A stretch of DNA of 52,567 nt, counting the filler, from Trypethelium eluteriae (lineage: Eukaryota): the NCBI GenBank assembly GCA_051942245.1. It is 3 parts of 3 records of this genome, joined end to end, with 100 filler letters (N's around TTAATTAATTAA, not from the genome) between each part and the next. Parts side by side here need not be neighbours in the genome. Positions count along the whole stretch, not along the records: positions 17,579 to 35,040 come from JAVECL010000590.1; positions 35,141 to 52,567 come from JAVECL010000591.1; 1 more part is not named here. The stretch is one strand, 5' to 3'. Positions 26,127 through 38,681 of the stretch are shown one piece after another. Every line of letters begins with the position of its first letter. Position 1 is the first letter of the stretch. Under the pieces are notes generated by a model. The model saw only the letters and a program-made list of their open reading frames with translations. It was not told where the DNA came from and ran no database searches. The position numbers were made by a program, and so were the translations under genes.

Positions 26127-28300
26127 ATGAGAGCAACCAATGCACTTGTCTCCTTACTGTCCTTGGTTTCCCTGGGGACTTCTCTGCCGAGTCGAAGCTC
26201 ACACGTGCTTCACGAGAAACGATCTCTGCCATTGCGAGGCTGGCAGCAGAGTAATCGGGTCGATCGTGAAGCTATTGTGCCAATAAGGATTGGCTTGACG
26301 CAGAATAACTTGGAGCATGGCTACGCACATTTGATGGACGTGTGAGTATTACCCAACAGATCCATGTCAGTACCCAGCGTACTTTATGCAATCGGCCTTC
26401 TAACGAAACTGTAGGTCTCATCCAAATTCGCCGAACTTTGGCAAGCACTGGACGGCAGCCCAAGTCCATAATGCATTTGCTCCTTCCATTCATGCTGTAC
26501 AAACCGTCCGCGACTGGCTACTTGAGTCCGGTGTACCCAGGCATAGTATCATCAGTTACGAGAACAAAGGATGGCTGGCCTTGAACATACCCACTTGGCA
26601 AGCAGAAGAGATATTCAGAACGCAGTATTACGAGTATCTGCACTCGAGCTCAGGGAGGCTCCAAATTGGCAGCGATGAGTAGGCCGCAATCCGATGTGAT
26701 TTTGCCTATTCCTGCTGAAGGTCTCTTTAGGTACTCTCTTCCTGCACATATCCGAGGCCATGTCGATTATATCACTCCTGGTGTCAAGCTTTCGGCTCCT
26801 CTAAAGCGTAATAAGGTTCGCAGAAGTCCAACGTCGAGAAAGCACCACAAGCCAGGACCAATCAAGAAGCAACCTGTCTTTGGTCATTACAAGATGCCAA
26901 CCGCCGCCCTTGAACTACCACTGGACTTGCAGACCTGCGGCGTGAACATCACACCAACTTGTCTGAAAGCACTATATCAGATTCCAGCCGCTACACGCCA
27001 GGACGACGTGAATCAGCTAGGACTCTATGAAAGTGGAGACAAATACTCGCAGGAAGACCTGAATAAATTCTTCGCCAACTTTGCACCAAACGTTCCCCAA
27101 GGAACTGCTCCATTACTTGATTCTGTGGATGGAGGCACTGCGCCGGTCAGCCCAAATAGCTCGTTCAACACCGGAGAGTCTGACATTGATATGGATATTG
27201 GCTTCTCCCTGATATATGTATGTTCTCTTCATTACTTGTTTGTAGAGGATACGTGCTGATATTCCAAGCCTCAAACCATTACTTTGTATCAGGTTGACGA
27301 TGATATTGAAGTCTTCGAAGATGGAGGCTTCAATACATTTCTCGATGCCCTTGACGGCTCGTATTGCAACTATACTGCATTCAACATCACCGGCAACACA
27401 CCAGGTATTGACCCAGTCTATCCTGATCCCGCTCCCGGTGGCTACAAAGGTCCGCTGCAATGCGGAGCTTATCAGCCTACACGAGTCATCAGTGTCTCTT
27501 ACGGAGCCTCTGAGTTTGATGCGCCCGCCAACTACACAAGGCGTCAGTGCAATGAATTCCTGAAGCTTGGCTTGCAGGGCATTACTTTTGTGTGGGCCTC
27601 AGGTGACTACGGTGTGGCCTCCTTCCCTGGCGACGATGGCGACCTAGGCTGCCTTGGCGACAACCAAACGATCTACAACCCCAGCTTTCCAACCTGCCCA
27701 TATGTGACGAACGTCGGTGCTACGCGTCTCTACGATAACCAGACTGTCAATGACCCAGAGTCCGCTCTCCAGGCTAATCTAGGCCCCGGTGCTGAACTCT
27801 TCGCCTCAGCCGGTGGTTTTGCGAATTACTTCCCTGTACCAGACTATCAGACAGATGCAGTGGCTACATACTTCGCGAACCACGATCCAGGTCTACCATA
27901 CTATATCGCGAACGACGACGCAACCAACATCGGCGAAGGAGGAGGTATCTACAACCGTGCGGGTCGAGGCTTCCCTGATGTCTCGGCCAACGGTGCGGAA
28001 TTACTTGCTTCAAACGATCTTCAAATCCTTCATTTCTACGGTACAAGCTTAGCAGCGCCGATCTGGGGAAGTATTATTACGCTCATCAACGAGGAAAGGA
28101 CTGCTGCCGGGAAGGGTCCAGTGGGCTTTTTAAATCCTACGCTATATGCCAACCCGGGGGTTTTCAATGATATCAAGAATGGAAGTAATCCTGGGTGCAA
28201 TAGTCAGGGATTCAGTGCGGTGGAAGGGTGGGATCCTATTACGGGATTGGGTACGCCGCAATATCCGAAATTGCTGGACTTGTTCCTTAGCCTACCGTAA
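26127..28300 (+). CDS. Secreted sedolisin (peptidase S53; tripeptidyl-peptidase/aorsin-like)
   Basis: Signal peptide and prodomain (HVLHEKR, RIGLTQNNL). Catalytic E/D in GESDIDMD, oxyanion SGDYG, Ser in GTSLAAP, Ca-binding GWDPITGLGTP. Three introns. Confidence 0.95.
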
Positions 28301-28784
28301 GGTACAGGATAGACCCGATCGTATACTTCAGTAGTAATACACAATTGTGAAGTGTCTTTGAAGTTGGTTGTAGCAGCCTGTTGAGGAACGATGCTTCGAG
28401 CTACTGTCGCGGTACTGAGACCCAGCCATATGCTACCATGATAGCTCTTGCCACTCCTACACTCCCATCGCCGCTACGACTCAGGATCGTACACCAGTCG
28501 ACGCACCATCAGTGTACATCTGCTGGCTAGCGTGAACGATCATGATATTTTGACCGGCGGTCGTCCCGAAGAAGCGAGGCTAATAGGCCATTTTCTTAAC
28601 ACAGTGGACGACAACGGTCTTTTACCAATGAACCTCACTCTCACTATTCTTGTATGAATCTTCTTGGACCTAAAACGGTTCCCACGCTTCCAGCCGCTGG
28701 ATCCGCCGAAACAGCGTATGTGAAAGAGAAGCTCAAAGAAAAACACTCTCCATTCGCTCTATCGAATAATCCAATGGAATTAGC

Positions 28785-29137
28785 ATGGATGGACACCTTG
28801 GAGAAACTATTCCACTTTATTTAGCATGCCAAAACAGGCAAAAACAAGTTATGCGATGTCTGCTGGCCGACGATGCTGGTCCAAACATCACCAAAGGCAG
28901 AATGAACGGAAATCGATCCCGTTTGCATATTGCGGCCTCGGGAGGAAACGCAGATGTTGTGAAGCTCCTCTTGAATCATGGAGTCACCGTGTCTACTCGA
29001 ACGGTCTCGATCTTCTCCGGTGAGCCACTGGCAACATTGCTCTGAGTTTGGCTGAGAGTGCTAGACACACGAAAGTCGTGGAGCTCCTGATTATGGCGAA
29101 GGCTCAAGAGCGGATCAAGAAATTGTCAACCGGCTGA
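28785..29137 (+). pseudogene. Degenerate ankyrin-repeat gene fragment
   Basis: IPLYLACQNRQKQVMRCLL and RLHIAASGGNADVVKLLLNHG, then after a frame change LAESARHTKVVELLI. Upstream frames are broken by stops. Confidence 0.6.
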
Positions 29138-31989
29138 GGGACTGAGTGAGGTCAAGACGTGAAAGGTCCCTTGGTCGAGCAGGTTTGAAAGGTCGTTTCT
29201 GGGAAGCACTGATCGGATTCATCTAGGGTCGAACCTCTACGTATGAGATGAACGCCACATGTCTAGCATCAGTTCTCAAGAAACGGCCGAAACGAGAAAG
29301 TTTGGGCAAGCTCAGAGCTCCCCACATTAAGGCGAGGCAGAGTAAGACATACTGAGAGAGGAATTCTGACTAATTAGGGGAAGCTGTACTCTTCAAGTAG
29401 CGTACCACCACTTTCATCTTGTGAGAAGTACACGTACGGTGGCTTCGATAAAAATAGACTTGTTCATATCAGAGCTGTCTATCTTCGTTACGCGCTCGGC
29501 TGTACCGTCCTCGAGTATTCTGTTGCAGATGCCCGTAGTAACCCCCTGCAGCACTCTCCATCACAGAAGGCAGACATCTACCTACTCAGCAAGCTTTAAT
29601 CATGAGTACAGGAGCTTACTAACTCTCGTACACTTCAATATGTATAAGAAATTATGCAAAATGTACAGTTCATGTGGAGTCGGTACGAGGCATAAACAAT
29701 GACGCTTTTCTCCCTTCTTCAGCATACCATTCACCCGTCTCACTGGATACTTCTTTGTTTGCGATGTTCCGCTCAATCATACTTCCTCAAGCGACTGGCT
29801 GGCAATTGTGTTATAAAGCCCGCTCTTGATCGATGTGGTATGCTATAACTCCACTATTCAGTCAGATCTATGCCCATTGCCACCCTCAGCGATAAGGTCC
29901 TCGGAATATCTAGGAATGTGCTCCATTCAGAACCCCTCAGTAAGCCCTCGTGGAACACGAAGAGCAACTAATCTGAGTCCTGTCGATCAGGATAGTCTTC
30001 CGCGAGCACTTTAGCTTCTATCAAGACAATATACTCCAGCAGCTTGATGACTCCTCCACTTGTTCATTGGCTCGATACACTCCTAGAAGCTGATATTGTA
30101 ATGTCAGCTGTGACGAGTGATCCTTCATAATTACTCAGCTTGTGTCAGGCCGATCGCTGCCCGCGCCTACGAAGTGATACATAATCCTCTCCCTGTGGAA
30201 AGTGGACTGGGATAACCTCATTCTGCGCGGGACTCAAGGCGACGCCCAACGAGCGCCGATGTACTCATCACTAAAACTTGGCATCTTAACGTATCTGACC
30301 ACAAGGCCACGCGTCGGACCGCTTCCCAAGATAGAATCACTCGAAATTGTGCTGGTAATTCAGTATTTGCTTCAATCGGATACTACTTTCAGACGAATTC
30401 CAAGTATGAGTGAACGCCTTCGTTGATTTGGACTATGGGAGGAAGGCCTTGCAATCGGAAATGCATTGTTAAAAGCGGTTAGCCAGGACCGGGTAGTTGA
30501 TGAGAGACCTGAAGTCAATCTGCGGGTACTGAAAATTATCTCATCACAAATGCCACGTGGTGCTCAATCGCTGGACAACTCATTCGTTATCAAACTATGA
30601 CTACTTGAATTTAGCCAGTGTTTCTCAGTTATTAGCTATTGACAGACGTCTTTCCCTTGAGTATGTGATAATTTAAGTGTCGGCTACCTTTTGTTATGTC
30701 ACTCCACAAGTTCACATTATTCACATAATATCTCCCCACCTAGACTGTCTAGATCCGACTATGACCATAGCAATACAGCTTAGCATATGGCATGTGAAAG
30801 TTTAGATAGTTTTTCTTTTCGCACAATGGCAAGGAGGTGGATCTCACTGCTGGAGTTGGAGTGCAGTGGTGATATGACCGTCCCGATGCGGCAGGTCCAG
30901 CCGTATTACGATAAGTATCTCAACTTGGTCTGTTCAACTTAACCTGAAACTTCAAAGCTTGCATGCATGACTTGAACGACCACATTTCATGCAATGCCGA
31001 TCAATAAGCTTTCGTTGTACTGGGCTACTTGCATGAGATGCTGAATTCTCACTCTCGCAGCAATATTGATCAACGTCGTACATGCAAGCGAACCCAAATC
31101 TACCCCCGTGTCCGTGATTCCCTTGCCAGCCACCATGAACATAAGCTTTTCATGCACTGAGACTGGCTAGTCCGGACGTGGAATAAATGAGCTAAGCAAT
31201 ACGGCTAATTTGAATCCTCTAGAAAGTTTGCGTGCCAAGTTCGATCTACAGATGGAGGTCGCCCGGGTTGTCAGGAATTCATGCTGATGTCTGAATTAAG
31301 TACTCTTTGCATTGTCACCCTGACGGCGAATCAGTAAATTCGACCTTCCTCGCTTTTATAAGTGGGTCACTGATCAGTCGAGAGGCAGGGTAGCGAGACT
31401 CATCGGTTAGGCAAGAGGCGGAAGATAGAATGACGCCACGGACACGCACTTCTTATTGGACTTGCACGATATGTGAAGATATGGCGCGTCATGAGATACT
31501 TGGAGATTGCCTTATCCAACCCCCTCTGCTTCGGTCTGTCCTACCATAACAATACGTCGGGTGCCGCCCGTGCCGCCTCCTCAATTTCAGCTCGATCAAG
31601 ACTTGAAGTGGTCTGACTGTCTTTTCCCGTGCGTGCATTCGATCCGTGCATGCACTCTGCTGGGCATTGATCTCTGCTTCGCCTGTGCTTCCTTCTCCGC
31701 CTAGACATTCTATCTCGTATCTGGATTCCATCTTCGCATTCGGCTTCCATCTTCGCATCTGCATGCTGTCTCCGCATACAGGTTCTTTCTTTGAGAGTGT
31801 GCTCTGCTTTGCATCTGCCTTCCCGATTGCGAAAAAATGGACCGGAGCGCGGCTTGCAAACAGATATTGACCAAGACCCCTTCTCCACTGTGCAAAACCA
31901 GATTCGGTGTACGGATCGATATATCCCTGCAGGGCTGCCCGAGGTTGGAGTACGTTTTTTGAGGGAACATGGCTATCCCCGATCCACTT

Positions 31990-33772
31990 TCATGATTGCC
32001 TTTCTAGAGCTTCCAAGTCCTCCCATACCCGCTTGTGAGAATCTTCGTCTTGATGCTCATGCCAGATAACTCTCTTTAATTGATCTCGAATCTCTACCCA
32101 ACTCTGTATTCCGAGGTCATCTACAATCGCAGCGAGATGGCCAACGAACCAAGCTCGCTCGGGAGCTCCAACTGCTGCAACAGCACCCGCTGACAAGAGC
32201 CATAGGAACAGAGGATTGTTAGCACCAGGGCCCAGTAGCTGCTTTAGATGACTTTTGAGATTGTGCTGGGCTGCACTGACCATAATGGAGGGGTCTGGTT
32301 GATGACCACACCATTGAGAAAAAACGTGGACAACCATAGCAGAACGACATGCTTCCGTAACATGATAGACATCCACGTCTTCAGATTGCGGTGGCGGTAG
32401 GCTAACAATACGCTGCATGGAGGAGCACAGAAATGATAAAACGGACAGGTAGTGTTCGGCGGAGTCGGTATCGTCTGCGGTCTGATAGCATTGGGCAAGG
32501 AGCCGTATACCCTTCATGACAGAGGCAAACTCTGAAGCAACGCCGCAGTCTTCGAGGTCCAAGTACTCACGCTGTTCGACCAGGGGTAAAGACTCAAGAT
32601 ACCATCCCGGCGTTTCTTGTTGGCTTTCAAGGTCGAGCGTGGGAAAAGCCTCATCCGCAGCTATGAACATGCAGAAGACTATGTTCGCAACCATAGCATT
32701 GGACTTGCGGATAGCATTGAGGCCTCCACGGACAATGATCATTCTGTTCAACCCATCCATGTGCATTTGTACCATTCTCATGTTGCCTTTTGCATGCTAA
32801 TTGAAACTTCATTAGTCCGTTCCCTTGAAAAGAATATGATCTATTACCTCGATTGCTGTTAGTCCAGCCACAGCGCTGATAGTCTGATCACAAGAACAGG
32901 TTTCGGGATTATTCTCCACACGTTCTCTTAGAAGTCGAATAGACTCTGCTTGGAGACGTGTCGACTGCTCATTTCCTCGTCCATACAATTTCTCGAGATG
33001 AAAGGCACTCAATTGAAGTGTCACGTTGAACAGAATCGGGTCTGTCCAGATCAGGGGAGCGTAGTACTCGGTCTGCGGATTCTTGCCTGGAGATGGATAG
33101 TACGGAAACATATTGAACACTAGGCTTGAAAAGTCTGCAATATCCTGTCAGCACGAACCATCGTGGTCCACATTCTCGATTAGCCTCTGGCTTACAATGC
33201 TTCATCAGATGATCAACATCGACCTCCTGGGAGGGCGGGTGAGTCTCAAAAGGGTCCAGACGTTCATCTCCTATACTGCTGCTTGCAAGGAATTGAGAAC
33301 GACTCGCGTATACCTCCAAGAGGTTAGAAAGAGGTTCGAAAACAAAGGATACCATCTTGGAATAATCACATTACAAGCCTTGAGCAAGGCCTCTTCTGAA
33401 GCAGGATAAGACTTTCGCCTTTCCTTACGGACTGGCTTGGCTCTTTGGGGTACATCTTCATAGAAGCAATGAATCGCAGGTTGGTAAAAGTGGCGTACAC
33501 AGTTGCTGCAATGAGGACGTTCCTCTTGACACTGGGTTGCTCGGATTCATCAGCAAGAAGCGTCTCGGCCACAAGAAGCACAGAATGGATGGTAGATCCT
33601 AGAAAGAACATACTTTTACTTTCCTTTCCTTGCAAGATCGGCATCCAGTACGAGATTTCTTGTGTGCACGTCTCGCAATCAGAGCTACAGGTTCAATCGA
33701 AGACTGAGCCTCGGTGGTCTCCCATAGGCTCGATTGCTCGTTGGTTGTGTGCATTGTAATGTCTTCGGTCAT
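31990..33772 (-). CDS. Zn(II)2Cys6 transcription factor, multi-exon
   Basis: The binuclear cluster is split by an intron: RRAHKKSRTGCRSCKERKVK|CQEERPHCSNCVRH...C. Then RLDPFETHP, HMDGLNRMIIVRGGL and WVEIRDQLKRVIW. The start codon is uncertain. Confidence 0.85.
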
Positions 33773-35040
33773 GTATAGAGCATCAACGTACTCTTGTGAC
33801 AGTCTCGGGTTCGCGTTCGCATTTGTTGATCATCCCTCTTCCAATGCTCCTTTTAACTGGAGCCACCTCTGGTCGAGATGGTGCCAGAGGAGCAGCACGA
33901 AAATTTCCTGCTTTGCCATTTCGCAGCAGAAATCGATGATAAGAATATTAGCAAGGAATTGCAAAGGCGATTATTGTGCTCGCGGCTCCTTGTCTCCTCC
34001 TAGCATGCTGTCTGCATGCTGAATTGGTAAAGCGGGAATGGAAGAATCTGACTAATGTACGCCACCGACGTAGAATATTCTGGTGCAAAACACATTAATT
34101 TGCAACTGCTGATCAACTCATCCCACCACAGATCGCGGTCCACAGTCCACACTTCAGCAATCTGTAGTCCATGCTTGAAAATAGTATCTAGAAGCCATTT
34201 ATTTCATTCGTTGGATATTCGTCTTTGCTGACTTATGCTCAGCTGCCTCGCTACGCATGGCTTCCTGGGATGGCTGCACAAGTGGACCGCTTAATGATGA
34301 AATGAAAATGGCTGTCTATCCATGCTTGGCCAATAACAGCCCAAAGTGAGAGATATGCTGTTGAGAATGGCAAGTGATAGTTGTCTTTCAGCCCCTTTAT
34401 GACCGGTCAAAAGGCTGCTAGTGCCGCAAAGGCACAGCAATATTCGATAACTATGAGGCTTAAGTGAGTTGATGAAGGGCGAAATACTACATCTGGTATT
34501 GTTGCGGCTATGACGCTTGTGGTTGGGCTGTAGGTGCACTGGTTTTACCTAAGCGAATCCGAACCCGAGAATAGATAGGGCTAGTAGTATAGTCACGAAA
34601 ATATCAACGCGGACGTAGATGATAGGAACTCAAATATCATCCCAGACTCATCCTATCGCTATGAGTGGATAATCAATATACGAAAATACATCATACACAG
34701 AGCACACCTTCAAATTATCAAAATTTGAGCTTCACCTACATTATTTCCCAAGTGGAGCGTCAACAAGTCGTTTTCATTGGAGCTATTGATAGCCAGTAGA
34801 AATTCAAGTCAATACGGTAGCTTAAAGAAACATACATTGTCCGACGATCCCTCAGTCCCAAAAATCCATGATGACGAATTCCAGACGGGCTAGCCCGAGA
34901 CAAGCAGAAACCGGACATGGCCACCTCTTACCGAATTAGACACCAATAGCCCTTGATATACCAACCAATTCCTTGCAGCGCCGTAGAGTCCCATCATCCC
35001 ACCCCTAAATACTCGCCACACTCTCACCCAACACCTTTTC

Positions 35041-35140
35041 NNNNNNNNNNNNNNNNNNNNNNNNNNNNNNNNNNNNNNNNNNNNTTAATTAATTAANNNN
35101 NNNNNNNNNNNNNNNNNNNNNNNNNNNNNNNNNNNNNNNN
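35041..35140. other. Artificial assembly linker
   Basis: 44 N + TTAATTAATTAA + 44 N. Confidence 0.97.
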
Positions 35141-36005
35141 TTTATAGTGGCTTAACTCTTGAGCTCAAACAGAACTCAAAAAGTGCAGATGCGTACGTTC
35201 AATTGGCGTTGCTCTAAAGACAAAGTACCCATAGTTTGGCTCGCCACGAAGGGTGGCTCGCAACACGGGGATGGACGTTAGTACTTATTCATCTGAATCA
35301 GTATGTCTCAGCAGGAACTTGCTCTACCTCAAAGGAGAAGGCCGTGTAACGCAGAACGGTGAGACTGAGGCAACTGCTCTCCCACTGGTGGCGATAACAG
35401 TGGGATCCTAACTTTGGCGCCACCATCTATTTATTGCAAAGCTAATCTGGAGGCATTAGCCAATGTGTCGTCAAGCACCGCAAATCCGCAAATCCGCAAA
35501 TCCGATCATGCAGAAGATTGGGCAGGAAGTATGCTTTTGAGTACGTCATGAAGGGTCTTGATAGAGTGACCACAGAACTGACGGTAACTAGGGTTGCGGG
35601 CATGGGTGCGCGTCCAGCGCCGGTGTATGAGATCAAGGGATACGTTGACTTGCCTTACATCAGCCCGTACTATGAGAGCTTCCTCTACCGTAACCACGAT
35701 GGCTGCAGTTAGCAGTTCACTCACCGCGAGTATGATCGGGCGGACCGACGTTTGGAAGCTGGCAACCGCTGGATTAGCGAAAAATAAGACTGTGATTGTG
35801 TTTAACACACTGGCACACGCGGTTGACAACAGCGACGGCGGGTTCTTCTTCCTTGATAGTCCAGCAAGACCTTACAAGACCGCAACCTCGGCTCATCAGC
35901 GCGCTCTGGGCTGCAGAACGAAATGATTGGATGAAGGGCCAAGCTACCCAACCTTATAATCCTGCTTCGCCGTTGGAGAGCGTCCAGAGGGGTTGATCGG
36001 ACCAA

Positions 36006-36031
36006 CCAATAGTAAGATAAAGCTTACTGTG
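36006..36031. repeat. Candidate distal recombination site
   Basis: CCAATAGTAA-gataaagc-TTACTgtg, matching 46861 CCAATAGTAA-attaatac-TTACTatt. Confidence 0.45.
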
Positions 36032-36295
36032 CCGGCTTCACCCTAGGGAGCATGGCGGTCATATACTCACGGTCCACAGTCTCTAAGAATGCAGGCTGCC
36101 ACCCAAAACCTCTCATTCACTCCTTCATCCGTTTCTCTACTCCATTCAACACCTTCACATCTTCAAGTTAGCATCTTTGTCATGGCCCTTGTCCAGGCTG
36201 GTAGGCCTCACCAACAACCAACATGTGACAAGAACATTGATAATCATATCTTCGTCAAATTTCTCCAACACATCAGTTCGTCTGGCACCTAACAA

Positions 36296-37393
36296 ATGCA
36301 TGATATTGCTGCAGGAGAACGGCAAGCTGGAGCAGCTCTCGCTGGCGAGTGTACCCTGGCGGAACCTCAGGCCCCAAGCAGTAGCCAACAAATACACGAC
36401 TTGATTTTTGGAGAGGCTTGTGGCTTGTTCTTGTCATACATAACGACAGCATCAGACTTCCAATTGTACCAGCGCCGGTCCAGCTGTACTGGCGGAGAGC
36501 TTCCACAGGAATCTCGTACCTCCTCCATCGACTCTCAGGTACCCACTATGGCAACTTCAGCTCCTTACAATCCTTCACCGCAGCCAGACAGTGGTTGTGT
36601 CCCTGAGATTCCATCGAATACAGTCGCTATTACAGACAGGGATCTTAAGACATCTTACATCTCAAGCGCCGCTATCAGCTCTCGCCCTTTGCCTGGTCTG
36701 TCTGATCCTATACGTCAAGCTGATACAACGGCCAATCACTCTACATCGGCTATCAGACCTTCCAACAAGTTCCCACAGCACTACTCCTCGAGCTGTGCCT
36801 CCAAACATGGTGAAATCCCTGCGATCATGGTAAGAATGCAAGGGGAGCCGACAACTGACTCATCACGCGCAGAAGGTGGTAATGAGAATATACGCCAGGT
36901 AAACTTAAATGCCACAGCTTGAGCTTCTGTTTCAGCAGTTAATGAGCATTGCAGAGACGGGTCAGATGGTGATAATTCGGTGCCTGGAAGCAGCAGAGGA
37001 TCGGCCATTTTTCTTTCCCGTGCCGAAGCAGCCGGCGCCGAGCATCACGGTGGATGCTGATACTACCATCAGACCCGAATACGTCATCGGCCGATTTGAC
37101 CGCAAATTCGAGCGCGCGAGCAAAGAATGGAAGCCCTCAAACTCCGTGTAAGCACTTATTCTCTACCTTTACCATGGCATTAAGCTGAATAACGGAAAGC
37201 AGATGACATGACTGTTCAGCCCTCACCCAAACACCCGAATCCTTCTGACGCCCAGCAAGAACGGTCTAGAAGAAGCAGCTGGAAGCGAATGAAATCGACC
37301 CGTCTGGTTGTACAGGAGCTATCCCCTTTACATAAGAGCAAAGACCAGAGTCGGCCCAGAAAGCAGGGACAGCAGGTGGAAAAGCAGAGATAG
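36296..37393 (+). CDS. Hypothetical protein, probably three exons
   Basis: ORFs 36296-36922, 36909-37151 and 37208-37393 can be linked by GTAAGA and GTAAGC donors with CAG acceptors. No recognisable domain. Confidence 0.4.
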
Positions 37394-37628
37394 AGATGTT
37401 GTTTATTTCAAGGAGGGCGGAGAGATCTCGATCATATGAGAAAGCGGGAACAAGAAAGCGGGAACATCTGGAATATGTGGAAAAATTACTTGGCAAAATA
37501 AAAAAATACCTGCGTAAAGTCGGCGGAGCTGAGACACTACTTTAGGTACTTCAAACGTATGCTTGTCTTTCTTGGACTTTATACACGACAATAGTACCTA
37601 AGCACTGCAAGGGCAACAAACCAGTTAT

Positions 37629-38271
37629 TTAGTCCAATTCAAGAGTAGAGACATTATCTGTCTCCATGTCACTTGCCGACGAGGGACCTTCTGAAGCAGA
37701 CCTCGCGCTATTCGTCGGTCCCAGTTTCATTTGTCCATGCCAATGTCGCTTCTTTGGAGAACTTCCTCCGTCCGATACTCGCTTCTTTGTCGCCTGTTTC
37801 TCCGTTCTGTGTAGCTGTTCTGAGTGTTTTTCGCCCATGATCTCCAATAGGTGCTTTACCTCATCCTCCGCACTAGTCAACGGCGTATCTTTTCGTTCCA
37901 GAAAATCAGTCGCCGTATATTTAGTCGGCTGAGGATAAGATTTCTCCTATTTTGTGTAAATCTTTGCAAGTATTGCGCTCCTTGGGGACTCTCACTACTT
38001 GCTCAACGGTCGGCGGCCATGCGTTCTGATTTGTAGATGAGTATGTGAAGTATTTCCCCTCCCACTGTACTAGAACATAGATATGTGCGTCGGATAAATG
38101 GGCTAGCTCATTGGCCTTCCTAAAGAGAGTGTTCCGCCTTCTCCGACATGAGGCATGGATAGCTTTACTGCGTTGTTTTGTTAGTCTCTCCAGATCAGTT
38201 ATCGCGCTTCGGCCTTGTGTCTTTTCCCGCAGTTCTTTGAGAAGCTTCTTAAGATCGAGCTGGTATTCCAT
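37629..38271 (-). CDS. Divergent MADS-box (SRF-type) protein
   Basis: SCRRRRNTLFRKANELAHLSDAHIYVLV...FTYSS...WPPTVEQV|EKSYPQP. Intron 37947-37995 keeps the frame (276 + 318 nt). Confidence 0.8.
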
Positions 38272-38681
38272 AGCTAAACAATCGTGAAAATAATTTACAA
38301 TGAATTTGAACAAGTATCAAGTGGTTCTAGTGATAGATTGAAAGAAACAAAACCCATGATAGCAGTAAAATATATTAATGATTTGGTGCTCAACTTAATA
38401 ATCTGTCTATGTTCTAGCTGTATGACTAGCAGGGATTCCTGAGTGGTTTGGTTCTGACCAGAACCGACCCGTTCCGATATTGTACTAACTTAATATAGAA
38501 CTATGAGCTATACTTAGATCGTCTTTAGTCTGTTTCGGAATTTGGACTAGCGCCAGCGTCTACATGTAGCCCTCTAGACGGGACTTTCATGAGTATATCT
38601 ACTGCAGGTTGAATCACATTACAGTAGCTAGAACATCGACGTCCTCCTCTCCTCCACAGAACAGCTCTTCCGTACATCATA

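Noticed and set aside
35476..35996. (CGCAAATC)x3 microrepeat and short ORFs next to the gap
   Set aside because: Coding-like fragments broken by stops; cannot be assigned to host flank or cargo.
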